This document shows, one piece after another, positions 45,401 through 55,193 of a stretch of 64,000 bases of DNA. The DNA lies in NCBI GenBank assembly GCA_000004985.1, contig GG738904.1, one strand, 5' to 3'. This DNA comes from Naegleria gruberi (taxonomy: Eukaryota). The notes beneath the pieces were generated by a model. It was not told where the DNA came from. It worked only from the letters and a program-made list of their open reading frames with translations, and ran no database searches. Position 1 is the stretch's first letter, and each line of letters begins with the position of its first letter. Made by a program: the position numbers and the translations under genes.

Positions 45401-48340
45401 AAATGTCCAGAAATGCCAGTATTTGAACATGCATCCACATTGTTCATGAGAATAATGGGACTTACTGGTATTCCTCGATGTGAATTTGTAATATTTAGCT
45501 CCCACAAGGAGAGATTCCCAATTTTAATATCTGAGGCAGTTAATGGATTATTAGTGTTGGATTTATGGAATGCTGGAGCAGAAATTGGTGGATTGGATAG
45601 ATTTAATACTGGATTATTAATTGTTTGCTCAATGCTTCTCAATCCAGAAGATCAAAAGGAAGACAATTTCATTTTGGCCGGAAATCAATTAGTACCAATC
45701 GATAATGAGCATGTTTTTCTCCCTGGATCAGTTCTCTCCAAGACTGTTCTCAAAGTTATTCCGCAATTACAAACTAAGAGTTTGATATTTTGTGTGAATG
45801 AAATGAAAAAATCATTGCATAGAAACTTGGTTCAACAAATAATCTCTATGAATGTAGATCAATTTCTTCAACAATGGATGGGTGAATTAGTGGTTGTGAA
45901 TGATAAGTATAGTTCTCTATTCACAAAAGAAGAATCGGATAATCTTTGGGAAAATAAGGAAGTGACCGTGAGATTAGTTTTCAGTCCCATCTTTATTGAA
46001 AACCTTTTCAGAAAATTTCATTTACTTCAAAAGCTACTTGTTTCATATTCAAAAATTACTCCAGTTGAGTTGTTATGTAAATTAGAACCCTATGTAGGAG
46101 AAATTTACAGAGATAGTTTTGTGGAAAAGTCTGTTAAGCGCAGATTCATGCTTGTCACTGATACACTTTACAAAAAGAAAAAGATTGACAATTCTAGAAT
46201 TTCTGTTCACTCTAGCAAGCAAATAATGGAAATTATCAACATTGATAGTGCAACAATCAAGTCAGAATCAGAGAAATTTAACAAAGGACCTACAAATTCA
46301 TTGGAACAATTGAAAATTTTACAATCGAATCATTCACACAAGAATCAAGAAATAATTCCTGCAGGAAAGACCATGTCTACAAAAGATCAAGAACAATATA
46401 TTAAGAAAGTATTCACAACAACATCCCCTGTACAATTGGTGGCATTGAATTCGAACATTCTCAATTCACAACACATTTCCAATCATTTTTTTATTGAGAA
46501 ATTACCACTTATTACCTCACTTGATTTGAGAGGATGTAAAAATTTACAAGAGGAATCATTATTCATTTTACAAAAGTATTGTGTGAATGTTGAGTATTTA
46601 AATATAAGTGAATGGAAGTTGAAAATATTTGGTCATTTCACTAGAATTGAAAGATTTGTCTTTTCGAATGACATTATTGAAACAGATATCAATATTCCAA
46701 TATTTCCCTATTTACAAATTTTGATACTAGACAATATTCCAACTTTGAAGAGTATTACTCTTTCGCTACCTTCACTCATTAGTTTCCAAGCTGTAGATGC
46801 AGATGCTCGATTGTCACTATTTGCCTCTAATTTGAGACATATCAAGATTTCATGTGTTCCTAAATTAATTAATTATCTACTGACATTTCAAAAAGATCTA
46901 AAGCTAGAAGGTGGAATAGAACTTTCAATGGATAATTATGTAGACAGTATGTCAAAATTGGTTGTTGATGATCATTTAAATTTGTCAAAAGTATTTTTGG
47001 AAGAAGAATCCTTTCCACTATTCTATCTGACCATTACTTGTATGAAATTTCGTTCGTTGAAAACTCTTTCGATAGAAGGACGAAAATTATCACAACACAG
47101 TATTATAATAATTTCTCAAATGAAGAATTTGACCTCCCTTAATGTTTCCAATACTCAAATTGATGACCCAATGACACAAATAATTAGTACCATGTCAAAT
47201 ATCGAAAATTTAAGCGTGTCATATAATCAAATTGGAGACGATGGTATTGAATACCTTGTTTCTATGAAAAATTTACAACGGTTGGATGTTAGAGGAAATT
47301 TATATGGATCTAAGGGAAGTGAAATCCTAACTTCTCATAAGGAACGCATTCAAATATTCATGAATGCCAGAATTATCCAAGCAGACCAAATCACCATAAT
47401 GGAGCAAGTAATGAAAAAAAATGATCGAAAATGCTTTCAAGGAATGTATCAAGACAAAATGGTTCTTATTGAAATGATTGACCAAACAAATAACTTTGAA
47501 CATTATAAGCAACAAGATCTATGGCTTAGTTTGGATCATCCAAACATTTCTAGACTAATTGGAAGTGTTAAATTGAATGATAGTGAATTATATATAACAG
47601 ATCTTGCAAACTACAATCTAAAAGAAGTAATATCCTCTATTTCTTTGAGCCAAAAACTCGAATATCTCATAGATATTGCAAAAGGTATGAATTATTTGCA
47701 CTCTTTGAACCCTCCAGTCGCATTCAGAGATTTAAGGTTATCGAATATAATCATATCTGAGAATGAAGATTGTGCCAAAATTTATGGATTTGATTTGGCC
47801 ACCAATGTCCAAAAGCACATGTCAATATTAGTAGGAAGCTATGTGTATATTGCACCAGAAGTGTTGAAATTGGATGATTATAGTGAAAAGTGTGATGTGT
47901 ACAGTTTTGCAATTTTGCTTTGGGAAGTAGTGATGGGTATTCCTACGTTTGACAGTTATGAACCAATCAAACAATTCTTGAAAAGAAACTCTAAATATGT
48001 GAAAATGACAATCAATATTGAACAACCAACGACCTCACTTGAAATTTTGAAAAGAAAACCTCCCTGTATTCCCTTCCTATTGGATTCTGACTATGCCAAG
48101 TATAGTATAACTCATCTTGACAGTCCACCAAGAAAGTATGTGTTTATTCCAGAATTATTGGATCGATTTGTGAAAGAGTTCATGTTTAGTCAAGTAGAAG
48201 AATATCCAGAAAATCTTGAAACAATCAAGAACGTTGTGTATGGCTTATCTGTATTAGCTACTCGGTGTTGGGAAAATAATTCTAATATCAGACCTTCTTT
48301 TAGAGAAATTTTGGAAAATCTTACTAATCTTCATTTATGA
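42455..48340 (+). CDS. 1961-aa LRR protein with an N-terminal protein kinase domain and a C-terminal degenerate kinase (pseudokinase-like) domain
   Basis: N-terminal kinase motifs GTYGAVYK, ALKIM, HNDIKANNILV and DFGLS. The central and C-terminal LRRs look RNI-like (LDLRGCKNL..., LNVSNTQIDD..., LSVSYNQIGDDGIEYL). The C-terminal kinase-like domain has HRD replaced by FRD and DFG by GFD (AFRDLRLSNIII, IYGFDLA). Confidence 0.8.
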   Translation: MSTLIHQDVLDYLAQHYSSPSSKEQLIATGTYGAVYKILKNNNYIALKIMRHSVGFNINEALGEAVKMAKYKHKRHIVRIDEVFIVNECKSGLYLCIEMEFCEFGTLSTIFRDSKPSEQVLCTILKQICLALKEIQEGDSIVHNDIKANNILVRSFDGGMNIDVALTDFGLSFSVDGQNHDIMSLYPPPEEVASFGSDIFTLGACMYKLMIDKSTVFRYGNFNFANLCQDTKFEETIIRDLCEIGQYSQRLATIIISMMNKEVSARPNIDTLLNWLETLDESSESVKNEQEEYILSYHHQNSNNEECEIASDFDKKRRFMMETVIRLTGAQHEIRLETQYFLKREFKNIDDSTLLEYQRKINDLLPLEQLVDKTIYQRNRTTNAKFNIQFAAHKAAEEFAVVSKMLESFHQYLLSLKRYGEKALEWVEKIQKLEDYYSSYATKLRTITSDFEFYQLTTDKAILMSEMIEGFFSISQDMALRILSLNERGESSNSRQTESNHRVRFLPEKGEPEIYFKPFTSYPPLSPSREFALNCLYHKIQIETTFTGLIVIDNVKKMNSYWEHPFFVQISQAIEGYSGISLVRNKLPLCTNHFSQQVIGALITSPSDGKFDNFIMKKLSNEKYGLISIDNDEIFRPSVLKNKYYNVKSFLFLLKEMNNSVDSEYRIYLDSLIPEMILLEWTHELARQEDKYKRLWNDLEFMKCKFDSIIWEDFDLSFSSFSESTATTIMQMLKKIQNLLKENKHSTLKDLFSSCYPLHSKVYEEVSSQYESLDDQYYAVHNYQEEFTTTSGGSDECYYFYEHDRMNVSGWSLFHEYILSQVRLMINYEDAVLQFHSLLFMKNKLSLTNVLVSLSIMINDKLVFIRDVKTACNIYAIGLKETYANFLKEWKSKFQPFLENNPDLKWACKLEDYFPRVDYDNDDKRFPYKFGEMRGAFMGKRYLSKEMERALFNNGEFMKDNTLTGRSSVNKYPAKNPIFFFKKCPEMPVFEHASTLFMRIMGLTGIPRCEFVIFSSHKERFPILISEAVNGLLVLDLWNAGAEIGGLDRFNTGLLIVCSMLLNPEDQKEDNFILAGNQLVPIDNEHVFLPGSVLSKTVLKVIPQLQTKSLIFCVNEMKKSLHRNLVQQIISMNVDQFLQQWMGELVVVNDKYSSLFTKEESDNLWENKEVTVRLVFSPIFIENLFRKFHLLQKLLVSYSKITPVELLCKLEPYVGEIYRDSFVEKSVKRRFMLVTDTLYKKKKIDNSRISVHSSKQIMEIINIDSATIKSESEKFNKGPTNSLEQLKILQSNHSHKNQEIIPAGKTMSTKDQEQYIKKVFTTTSPVQLVALNSNILNSQHISNHFFIEKLPLITSLDLRGCKNLQEESLFILQKYCVNVEYLNISEWKLKIFGHFTRIERFVFSNDIIETDINIPIFPYLQILILDNIPTLKSITLSLPSLISFQAVDADARLSLFASNLRHIKISCVPKLINYLLTFQKDLKLEGGIELSMDNYVDSMSKLVVDDHLNLSKVFLEEESFPLFYLTITCMKFRSLKTLSIEGRKLSQHSIIIISQMKNLTSLNVSNTQIDDPMTQIISTMSNIENLSVSYNQIGDDGIEYLVSMKNLQRLDVRGNLYGSKGSEILTSHKERIQIFMNARIIQADQITIMEQVMKKNDRKCFQGMYQDKMVLIEMIDQTNNFEHYKQQDLWLSLDHPNISRLIGSVKLNDSELYITDLANYNLKEVISSISLSQKLEYLIDIAKGMNYLHSLNPPVAFRDLRLSNIIISENEDCAKIYGFDLATNVQKHMSILVGSYVYIAPEVLKLDDYSEKCDVYSFAILLWEVVMGIPTFDSYEPIKQFLKRNSKYVKMTINIEQPTTSLEILKRKPPCIPFLLDSDYAKYSITHLDSPPRKYVFIPELLDRFVKEFMFSQVEEYPENLETIKNVVYGLSVLATRCWENNSNIRPSFREILENLTNLHL

Positions 48341-48465
48341 AACTGATAAATAAATGAAGTTATGTCAAACACTCACTGAACTTGTAATTGGATAGACAAT
48401 CGACTTTGAGTCAAATTAAAATAATTTCAAAGAGTAATAATTGAACTAGCCATCGTGTTTCAAAA

Positions 48466-50265
48466 TCAAAATTTTATTTCGAAATATTGTGGCCAGATTT
48501 CTTTCAATACAACAATCATTCCATTATCCTCGTTTACTCCAACAAGAGCTTTGTCAAAGTATTGTCTTGCCTTGTCCAAATCTTTTAAATAGAAATAGGC
48601 TTCTCCCAAATTAAACAATGAAAGATGGTGATTTGGATCCATTTCAAGAATTTTCTCACTCTCTCTAATTGCACCTTCATAATCCTTTTCAGCAATTAAA
48701 CAATCTGCTATATTACTTAAATCCTCCAATTCCTTGCTTTCATTGTAACTTTCCATGTGAAAAAGTCTTGCCATTCCATAATTTCCCTGTTGATAAAAAT
48801 ATTCTGGAATATCTTTCAAAATTTTGGGATAAAACTTTTTGGCTTCCTTTGCAAACTCTAAAATAAGATTTTCATTTCCCTTTTTCATGTGTGAAAAGGT
48901 TGAAATAAGATAGTAGATACCCATTAAATGTTCTTTTGGAAAGATTGGTTGAGGTGTCTCTAAAAGCACTTTGAATTTTTCACATTCCCTAAGAGCATCA
49001 TCAAATCTATCAAAATAGAAATGTATTGCACTCAAACTAGCGGTATATTGTAAAGTTCCTTCAATAGATGATGCTGGTGGTGGATGACTTTCAATATCTG
49101 CAGTGATATCTCCAAAAACCTTGAGATAGGTTTTGGTACTTTCCATAAATTCAGGATAAGCTCCAACAATCATGCAAAGATATCGATACATGCCATGATT
49201 TTCCAAAAGGGTTTTGGGATTAGCTGTATAATAATTATCCATGCATTCAATTGCTTTTTTGTAATCCTTTCTTTTCAAAAAGTATTGTTTCATGGTTCTG
49301 TGTAAATTTACATATTCTTCAAGAGTTTTCTCATCCATTCTAGTTTCCTTCTTTTCGAATTCCTTGACTAACTCATAGGTCTTTAGCATGAGGTCATGAT
49401 TATTCTTCTTTTCGAAAGAATCTAACATGAGAATTAGGGGTTCGTATTTTGATGAGCTCAATAAAAGAGCTCGATCCAAATCCTTTTGTCCACGATCCAT
49501 CATGTTATACTTGGTAACCAATAAATTACCTCTTCTGCATAACAATTCGGCCAAATTATCAGCTTCCACACTTCCAATCTCAACAGGACCATTCGATTCA
49601 ATGGATTTAATCCCTTCAGTTGCAATAAATATAGCCTTTTCGAATAAATTCAATTCAAAATACAGTGAATAAAGAGTAGCATAATAGAAAAATGGAATTT
49701 GAACTGAATCATTCGAAACAATGTTAAATAATCTTTCAAAATACTCTGTAGCTCTCTTAACATTATAATTCTCCTTTCTAGTATATAACCAATACAACTT
49801 TTCCAATAAAATTGGTAACAGATCGTTTGGTGGTCGATCCATCTCAACAACCTTCTCTAACCCGACACAAGCACTTTTCCAATCACTCAACTCTTCATAA
49901 CATTTTGATCTTTCAACAAGAGCATCCACTAAATCAGGATTTAATTCAAGAATATCATTCAATTCTTCAATCCTCTTCCGTTTCATCATTTTCACTTCAT
50001 CATTATTTTCATCATTCCGATCATGATGAGAATTATTTAATAATGGAAAATTAGAAAATCGTAATGGAGAAATCAAATTGCTGAAATTTCTACAACTACC
50101 ACCATATGAAAGTAGTGTTTTTTCATAGGAGATTAATGATGTGAATGATTTGAATGAAAGTAAAGATGCTGATCGTTTCGGAAAAAAGTAATTCAAGCGT
50201 TTGATTTGTTGCATTTTTTTTTCTATTTTACAATAAAATTGATTTTGATTAAAAATCGAAAGCAA
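48466..50265 (-). CDS. TPR-repeat protein
   Basis: 599-aa ORF with several 34-residue TPR-like units (for example AIRESEKILEMDPNHHLSLFNLGEAYFYLKDLDKARQYFDKAL). The start codon is uncertain. Confidence 0.65.
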   Translation of the reverse strand: MLSIFNQNQFYCKIEKKMQQIKRLNYFFPKRSASLLSFKSFTSLISYEKTLLSYGGSCRNFSNLISPLRFSNFPLLNNSHHDRNDENNDEVKMMKRKRIEELNDILELNPDLVDALVERSKCYEELSDWKSACVGLEKVVEMDRPPNDLLPILLEKLYWLYTRKENYNVKRATEYFERLFNIVSNDSVQIPFFYYATLYSLYFELNLFEKAIFIATEGIKSIESNGPVEIGSVEADNLAELLCRRGNLLVTKYNMMDRGQKDLDRALLLSSSKYEPLILMLDSFEKKNNHDLMLKTYELVKEFEKKETRMDEKTLEEYVNLHRTMKQYFLKRKDYKKAIECMDNYYTANPKTLLENHGMYRYLCMIVGAYPEFMESTKTYLKVFGDITADIESHPPPASSIEGTLQYTASLSAIHFYFDRFDDALRECEKFKVLLETPQPIFPKEHLMGIYYLISTFSHMKKGNENLILEFAKEAKKFYPKILKDIPEYFYQQGNYGMARLFHMESYNESKELEDLSNIADCLIAEKDYEGAIRESEKILEMDPNHHLSLFNLGEAYFYLKDLDKARQYFDKALVGVNEDNGMIVVLKEIWPQYFEIKF

Positions 50266-50656
50266 AATTATAAATTAAGGAAACAATTTCATAAATTAAG
50301 CTAAACTTGAAAAATATTGTAAACGAACTTGAGTTCAGAGTTCCTCTTACAATGAAAAGAAAAAATCAACAGAAAAAAAAAATGGAAAAAAGTGATGATC
50401 AGCCAAACCTACATGATGATGATTTGCTGTTGGATAACCTTTCTTGGTTCGTTCGGATTGGCCAACATTTTCATTCCTTCCCTTTTAATAGAATTAATTT
50501 AATCAATCATGATTCGGATATGACAACAAACAATTCGAATCAAGAAAATCCTCCATCAATTATATATGATGAATTTGCAATTGTAGTTCCAAATAATATC
50601 GATTATTCTCATATATTCATTTGCTGATGATGAAAAGATGATGAATAGGTTATTAT

Positions 50657-51202
50657 TTGTTTACTGGTGAAATATTTAGCTCAATTGTTGGACTTTTTGA
50701 AACCAATGGTAGAGGATTTTATTATGATTCAGATTTTAAAACATTAACTATTCAATCCTTGACTGAAAGATTTGTTTCATGTCGGATGAATGGGAAATCA
50801 ACAAGTAATAAGGTTATAATAGTGGGATTTGGAATCACGCCTCAAAGTAAGAGGTTGTTTGTCACTGTTAATGGAATTTTGACAACAATTCAACGACCTG
50901 GATTTGAAATTACTGATCTGGCGAATGAAAATACGAAAGGATTTAGTTTTCTTACGCTGGATGCAAGAAAATTGTCAACCAAGTTGCCCTATTTTAAATT
51001 ATTCAAACGTAAGAGAGAAGATTGGATGTTTTCCATTCAGAAAAACCTTTCATACTTTGAGTTGAAGGGTTTGAACACTACTGATCTCAATACTTTTAAA
51101 GGAATTACACAGAATACGATAAAATCATTGCAGGTTGAGTATGAAATCTTTGCTACTCGAGATAGTTGTAAAGAAACAAGTCAAAAGATACTTGGTGGTT
51201 AA
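50657..51202 (+). CDS. Hypothetical protein (possibly part of a larger spliced gene running through to 51787)
   Basis: ORF only and no ATG (opens with TTG). No domain recognised. Confidence 0.3.
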   Translation: MFTGEIFSSIVGLFETNGRGFYYDSDFKTLTIQSLTERFVSCRMNGKSTSNKVIIVGFGITPQSKRLFVTVNGILTTIQRPGFEITDLANENTKGFSFLTLDARKLSTKLPYFKLFKRKREDWMFSIQKNLSYFELKGLNTTDLNTFKGITQNTIKSLQVEYEIFATRDSCKETSQKILGG

Positions 51203-51265
51203 CTTGTCATTGACTCAAATAATTCCACAACTTTATCAACAAATGCAGGTGAAATATTTGGAGGA

Positions 51266-51787
51266 TTGATATGTGAAGATGCATTCTTTAATATAGTTTC
51301 ATATTTGGATGGATTTGATGTAATGAAGATTTCACATCTGAACAAATTTCACTTTAATCTGATAACACTAGGATCTTTTCAGAACTTATTCGAAATTTCC
51401 TTACAAGATAATACCAGACGTTCTATGAACAATGCTTGGAAACAAATTATTCTAAATAGATGGACTAAATTCCAAGTATTCAACGAGAACCAAAACTTTT
51501 TCAAAATTTTTAAGCGCCGTTTTGTAAGGGTTGACAATAGAAATCGAAACCTGATTACTGTGGATGGTTGTGTACGATTGGAAAAGAATTGTCCAATTGT
51601 GTTAAATTTTGCTTCCAGAAGGACGGTTCTTTGCGGTGTTTGTAATAAGACAGTTTATCAAACAACAGACCTCGGTCAATTGATCAAGTATGCAAAGGAA
51701 GGTCATTGTGTTTCATATAGCGATCCTGCCATTGAGCTTATTGGTCCTTATAACAGAAATAGGGCACAAGGTTGCTTTATTATCTGA
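51266..51787 (+). CDS. Hypothetical protein with an F-box-like N-terminus
   Basis: The segment ICEDAFFNIVSYLDGFDVMKISHLNKFHFNLI resembles an F-box. The ORF lacks an ATG and may be spliced to the upstream ORF. Confidence 0.3.
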   Translation: MICEDAFFNIVSYLDGFDVMKISHLNKFHFNLITLGSFQNLFEISLQDNTRRSMNNAWKQIILNRWTKFQVFNENQNFFKIFKRRFVRVDNRNRNLITVDGCVRLEKNCPIVLNFASRRTVLCGVCNKTVYQTTDLGQLIKYAKEGHCVSYSDPAIELIGPYNRNRAQGCFII

Positions 51788-51874
51788 TTCAACATATGGA
51801 TCTAAAGTTAGAACTAATTGAATATGCTCGCCAAAAGGATTCCTTATCTACTCCAAAGTTAATGTACAAATAAT

Positions 51875-52371
51875 TTATTGTTTCTTTCTTCTTCCTTCTG
51901 AGGTTGGTTCAACAAAATTGATAGCAATTCCATTTTCCTTGTATTCGTCTAAATGCTCCAAGAATTCCTGCTCTATTTCTTGAGAAAACACTTCATAAAC
52001 TTCATTCTTCTTGAAGAGAATCAAATCTCCCAAAGTATAATCCTGTCCACTCACCAAATCATTATCAATTATTCCGATCAGATATTTGGCTGAAACCTTC
52101 AAAACCTTAACCCAAAATCTCTCCTCTCCATCACATATGTAAATATAAAATCAGTATAAAAAATTGATCAATTAACAACAAAACCTATCTTTACCAGACT
52201 TCCCTTTTGTATGGAATTTAATTCTTCTCTTGATGGTGCGCCGAATGTATCGGGATGGCGCCTAGCAATTTGTTGAGCATTATTGAGTGGAGGCTGATAA
52301 ATCTTCTTTCCGTTTTGTGTGATGGTTTTTGTCTTTTTGGAGGATGAAACTCTGTTTGCCTTTACTTTCAT
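51875..52371 (-). CDS. Hypothetical small basic/acidic protein of about 145 aa. Two exons; the acceptor is ambiguous among several in-frame AG sites.
   Basis: ORF 52168..52371 begins with ATG (MKVKANRVSSSKKTK...) and ends at a GTAAAG donor. The downstream ORF 51875..52102 stays open in a compatible frame. Confidence 0.4.
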
Positions 52372-52585
52372 TTTTTTTTAGTCTGGAATAAAGTGGAAGT
52401 TTTTGGCGGTTGATTTTTCAAAATCATTAAATTATTTGTTAAATTTCCATAGAACGGTAGAATTTGTAAAGGAAATAAATCTGGAAAATTTTGAATTAGT
52501 AATTTATTCGTCGGTACTTGATTGAATCGTTTTTATTTATATTCATCATGAATGCCTTTATATTTCATATTTTATGATTGTACAT

Positions 52586-52703
52586 GGCTACGGCCATATC
52601 ACGATGAATGCACCTCATCCCGTCCGATTTGAGAAGTTAAGCATCGTCGAGCCACATCAGTACTGAGGTTGGAGACAACTTGGGAACCTGTGGTGCTGTA
52701 GTC
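52586..52703 (+). rRNA. 5S ribosomal RNA
   Basis: GGCTACGGCCATATCAC...CCGTCCGATTTGAGAAGTTAAGC...GTACTGAGGTTGGAGACAACTTGGGAACCTGTGGTGCTGTAGTC aligns block by block with eukaryotic 5S rRNA. Length is about 118 nt. Confidence 0.88.
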
Positions 52704-52708
52704 TTTTT
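52704..52708 (+). terminator. Pol III oligo(dT) terminator of the 5S gene
   Basis: A TTTTT run lies immediately 3' of the 5S sequence. Confidence 0.6.
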
Positions 52709-53124
52709 GCAGATTGCCTTTGTGATATCACTTTAGTTGGGAGCTTGTTTTTATTGATATTGCAATAATGTTACATTAATGAATTTCATTTTTGCGTATA
52801 TTCTCAACTCTAGCTGAACCTGAAAAACAAGCCAACTCACAATAACATAACACCTTTGGCGTCGTAATATTCAATGACCGTTATACAACAAGATTCCCAA
52901 AATGAACAATTTTCTAATGACTACCGTCCCCATTACGCTTATTACTGTTTACCCCTCAAAAACACAACCTCCCTTATTACCTTAAATACAGAATTTACAA
53001 CAATGCGACCTCGCATCGAACAGTAAAACAAATTCTCATCACGCAGCACAATGTGCTTCTTGTCGCAAGTAAACAACACAAAAAAAAACAACTCAACAAG
53101 AACTAGAAACGCAACATTAAGAAA

Positions 53125-53739
53125 ATGGGCTCTATGCTTTCCTTGTTACCTGCTTCATCGTTTCGTATAACTCCAGTGTTATACGCCTTTTCCTTCTCAT
53201 CAATTGCCTTCTTTGTGAAATATGTTGTTCAGGAGGTCATGATGGTCTTGATGAGTAAGGAGAGAGATCAAGAACCTCATCTATTTGAAGATATTAGGAG
53301 AACCAATTTGGATGACATTCCAAAGGATTGGAATAATAAGCGATCAACCTATGAAAGGTTGAGAAGAATCAAGAAGGAAGATTTTGAAACATTGGTCATG
53401 TTCTTCTTTATTGTGGTTCCATTCTTGATTTTCACAGATGGTGGAGTCAATTCGAATTATACATACGGTGCCACTGGTGCTCAATGGAGTGATCTCTCCA
53501 TTGTCAACTCTGTATTTGGATGCACTCTCATTCTGATCTTTCCAGTGTTGAGATTAATTTCAACAGCCCTCACATTCTTCGTCTCAAAGACTGTAGTTCA
53601 GAATGTAATGAGAATTATGACAATGGCTTACTTTGCCTTATTCATCTTGTACTCTTTCATTATGATCTTTGTTTTCAATTATATTCCTGGTGTTGGTAAT
53701 AATGGTGGAGGTGGTGGTGGAAATACCCCAAAGTACTAA
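53125..53739 (+). CDS. Hypothetical polytopic membrane protein with a Gly-rich C-terminus
   Basis: 204-aa ORF with ATG, four hydrophobic helices, and an NNGGGGGGNTPKY tail. Confidence 0.45.
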   Translation: MGSMLSLLPASSFRITPVLYAFSFSSIAFFVKYVVQEVMMVLMSKERDQEPHLFEDIRRTNLDDIPKDWNNKRSTYERLRRIKKEDFETLVMFFFIVVPFLIFTDGGVNSNYTYGATGAQWSDLSIVNSVFGCTLILIFPVLRLISTALTFFVSKTVVQNVMRIMTMAYFALFILYSFIMIFVFNYIPGVGNNGGGGGGNTPKY

Positions 53740-54085
53740 ATAAATAGAAAGTAGTTATTGTATTCTGGAGATCTTCTTCATCAGATTCTTCTCTGAACTA
53801 ATTCACAATTTATTAAAAACAATATTACTTTGTATTTGATTTGTGGAAGGAGCATACGAAAAGTAAATAACAGCTTCATTTGCATCAGTGGACGCTCCGT
53901 TCTCATTGGTAATTATTGAACTAGTATTTGGTTGATATCCGGATACATAAGGAGTGGCAATTTTCTGAGTTGTTTGATCGACTATTGAAAATGTTTCTTC
54001 AATTACTGGATTAGAAATTAATGTTGTGGATGCAGTTTTGCTTTCTAATGGAAAAGTTGAAGTTTCACCATTTTCAGGAGTTGTT

Positions 54086-54941
54086 TCAATACCTGTCTTT
54101 TGCATTTTCCAACACTTCCAAAGGAATTTCTGCATTTTCTGTTACATCAACATGAGTATCTGTTGTTGCAATATGATTAGTGGTTTTACCAGTCGTGAAA
54201 TTTCCTTTAAAACTAAAATCCAAACTTGGATCATTTTTCCAATAATAGTAAATACCAAGAGCTACCAAACCAACACCAAACCAAATTATTGAACTTATTA
54301 CAAGTGCAACGAATGTAAACATAATTCCAAACTTGTAAGGTGTATACTCATTAGTAGTTGCAAACTGAACCACATTCAAAGGATTATAATAACAAGTTGA
54401 GGACGAATTGACTGGCCAAGCTGCCAAATACTCCTCCACACATCCATAATCATATTTACATTCCTTCTTCATACTGGAAATAACCGTAGCATTTTCCACT
54501 GTTAAATATTCCATTGTAATTGTTGGATTCCAACATTCTTTACAGGACAATGTACACAACCTATCACTCACACTACTACAGCATCGACAATTACATGAGT
54601 GAGAGGTGAACTTTCCATTGGAACAACTTTTACAGGTATCACAACATCTACCACAACAATGATATCCATCGCAGCAATCTTTGGTTGAGTTGATTGGGAG
54701 GGTAATAGATAATGAATCACATGTGGTGCCACCCCCACAACTGGAGCAATAGGTGCAATCTTTGAAACAGCATTTGAAAGAGAGGATTTTTGAGTTTCGA
54801 ACAGTGCATGTGATTGGAAGAAAGGTTTCTTTTACAATAATTTCTGGATAGGTCACTCACACCAATCCAAACTACAAAGAAGACACAGCACCAGCAGCCT
54901 GCACATATGAATTGACTTTGAATAATAGCTTTTCTTTTCAT
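54086..54941 (-). CDS. Cys-rich type I membrane protein (signal peptide, Cys-rich ectodomain, one TM helix, cytoplasmic tail)
   Basis: ORF 54717..54941 (MKRKAIIQSQFICAGCWCCVFFVVWIG) joins ORF 54086..54856 in frame through a 32-nt GTGAGT..AAAAG interval, or via a +1 frameshift. The ectodomain has about 30 Cys in CC/CxC patterns. TM helix FGIMFTFVALVISSIIWFGVGLVALGIYYYW. Confidence 0.55.
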
Positions 54942-55193
54942 TGCAGGATTAGTTGTGAGATTCGTCTATTTTTTTGATGAATACTTGAAAACAAATTGAG
55001 CTCACAGATTTTAAATATGGAATTTATTTTGGTAGCCAGTTCACCAAATGAGCGCTCCTTTTACAAACAACCTTAAAGTTTAATTAACCATGTCCAATTA
55101 AAATGATTGGCATGTAACTTTCAAGTTTCGTTCAAAAGGTAATTCAAAAAACATTTCCCAAAACGATTCATAATCTACAAATACTGCAAAAGA

